Origin: Patescibacteria group bacterium
GTDB taxonomy: Bacteria; Patescibacteriota; Patescibacteriia; Patescibacteriales; UBA12465
Assembly (NCBI GenBank): GCA_034002925.1
Contig: JAVEZP010000003.1
Location: forward strand, 11,712-75,711
Length of the DNA stretch: 64,000 bases
Direction of reading: 5' to 3'
Of this stretch, positions 63,450 through 64,000 are shown piece by piece; within the stretch, counting starts at the first letter, position 1, and every line of letters begins with the position of its first letter. The notes below the pieces were generated by a model. It searched no databases, was not told the DNA's origin, and saw only the letters and a program-made list of their open reading frames with translations. Both the position numbers and the translations under genes were made by a program.

Positions 63450-64000
63450 ATGTTAAAAATAAATTTACATAAACCAAAAGAGGCAAGTTTGGAGAATGAG
63501 AAGGCTGCTAATATGAGCTCTGATCAGTTATATTTAGAAACTTTAGAATTTAAGCCAGAGTTAAGAAAAAGTTGGTTAAATTTTTTTATTGTTAATTTTC
63601 GAGTAGTTATTTTGTTAATTATTGCTTTAACTGCTTGGGGTTTATATTCTTTTTCTTTGTTGCCACGCGAGTCTAGCCCAGAGGTAAAAATTCCGATAGC
63701 CGTTGTTTTTACGACTTATCCAGGGGCTTCACCAGCCGATGTTGAAGAATTATTAACTAAAAAATTAGAGACTTCTATTTCTGGTATTAAAGACGTGAGC
63801 AAAATTACATCAAATTCTTCTAATTCTTTATCGGCGATCACTGTTGAATTTGATGCTCGAGCTGATTTAGATAGCTCTTTGCGCAAGTTAAGAGATGAAG
63901 TTAGTAATGTAAAATCATCTTTACCCGAAGATGCTAACGATCCAGTTGTAAAAGAAATTTCCTTTGATGATAGTCCAATTATGAATGTGTCATTAGCAGC
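63450..64000 (+). CDS. RND (AcrB/HAE-type) efflux pump, N-terminal part (3' end outside window)
   Basis: Not in the ORF track because no stop falls in the window. My translation gives TM1 (VVILLIIALTAWGLYSF) then LLPRESSPEVKIPIAVVFTTYPGASPADVEELLTKKLE..GIKDVSKITSNS, the RND porter-domain signature. Confidence 0.8.
   Translation, partial: MLKINLHKPKEASLENEKAANMSSDQLYLETLEFKPELRKSWLNFFIVNFRVVILLIIALTAWGLYSFSLLPRESSPEVKIPIAVVFTTYPGASPADVEELLTKKLETSISGIKDVSKITSNSSNSLSAITVEFDARADLDSSLRKLRDEVSNVKSSLPEDANDPVVKEISFDDSPIMNVSLA

Overview
Gene-dense, AT-rich chromosomal window (by eye about one-third G+C). It uses the standard bacterial code: TGA serves as a stop and tRNA-Trp carries anticodon CCA. I can support about 62 CDS and 3 tRNAs (Thr-GGU, Tyr-GUA, Trp-CCA). 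I found no rRNA, CRISPR array, transposase or integrase. A small-genome Patescibacteria/CPR-like bacterium is my inference, based on a VirB2/T4SS-pilin-like small secreted protein, domain-pruned enzymes, rare Shine-Dalgarno sites and TGnTATAAT promoters sitting 5-8 nt from many ATGs. Housekeeping content: pgk-eno plus a miniaturised iPGM-like gene, tpiA, gyrB, mutM, rpmG, dus, a CBS-less IMPDH-family gene, greA, a complete Rrf2-sufCBDSU operon (25.8-30.7 kb), a DEAD-box helicase and a PIF1-like helicase. Accessory content worth a second look: (i) 33.6-38.0 kb, a visibly more AT-rich restriction island: DpnA-like methyltransferase, GmrSD-like DUF262/DUF1524 protein, DpnII-family endonuclease and a membrane-anchored NERD protein. 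(ii) 9.9-13.5 kb, a block bracketed by two tRNA genes holding only unassignable proteins: two tandem paralogues, a membrane protein with duplicated beta-sandwich-like repeats, a membrane protein with a G8 tract, and an orphan VirB2-like pilin. (iii) Two efflux systems (MacAB-like ABC at 42.9-48.1 kb; MarR-adaptor-RND at 61.0-64.0 kb) whose adaptors each carry a coiled-coil region of roughly 350 residues. (iv) A csoR-(HMA/DsbD_2/cupredoxin fusion)-copA copper operon with a perfect operator palindrome. (v) An ECF-sigma neighbourhood containing GH3, TspO, a cytosolic-5'-nucleotidase-III (UMPH-1) homologue and DUF1295. Also notable are a DMT-permease::riboflavin-kinase fusion and a 46-aa desulforedoxin gene that falls below the ORF-track cutoff. 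All family calls come from motif recognition by eye; no database search was run.
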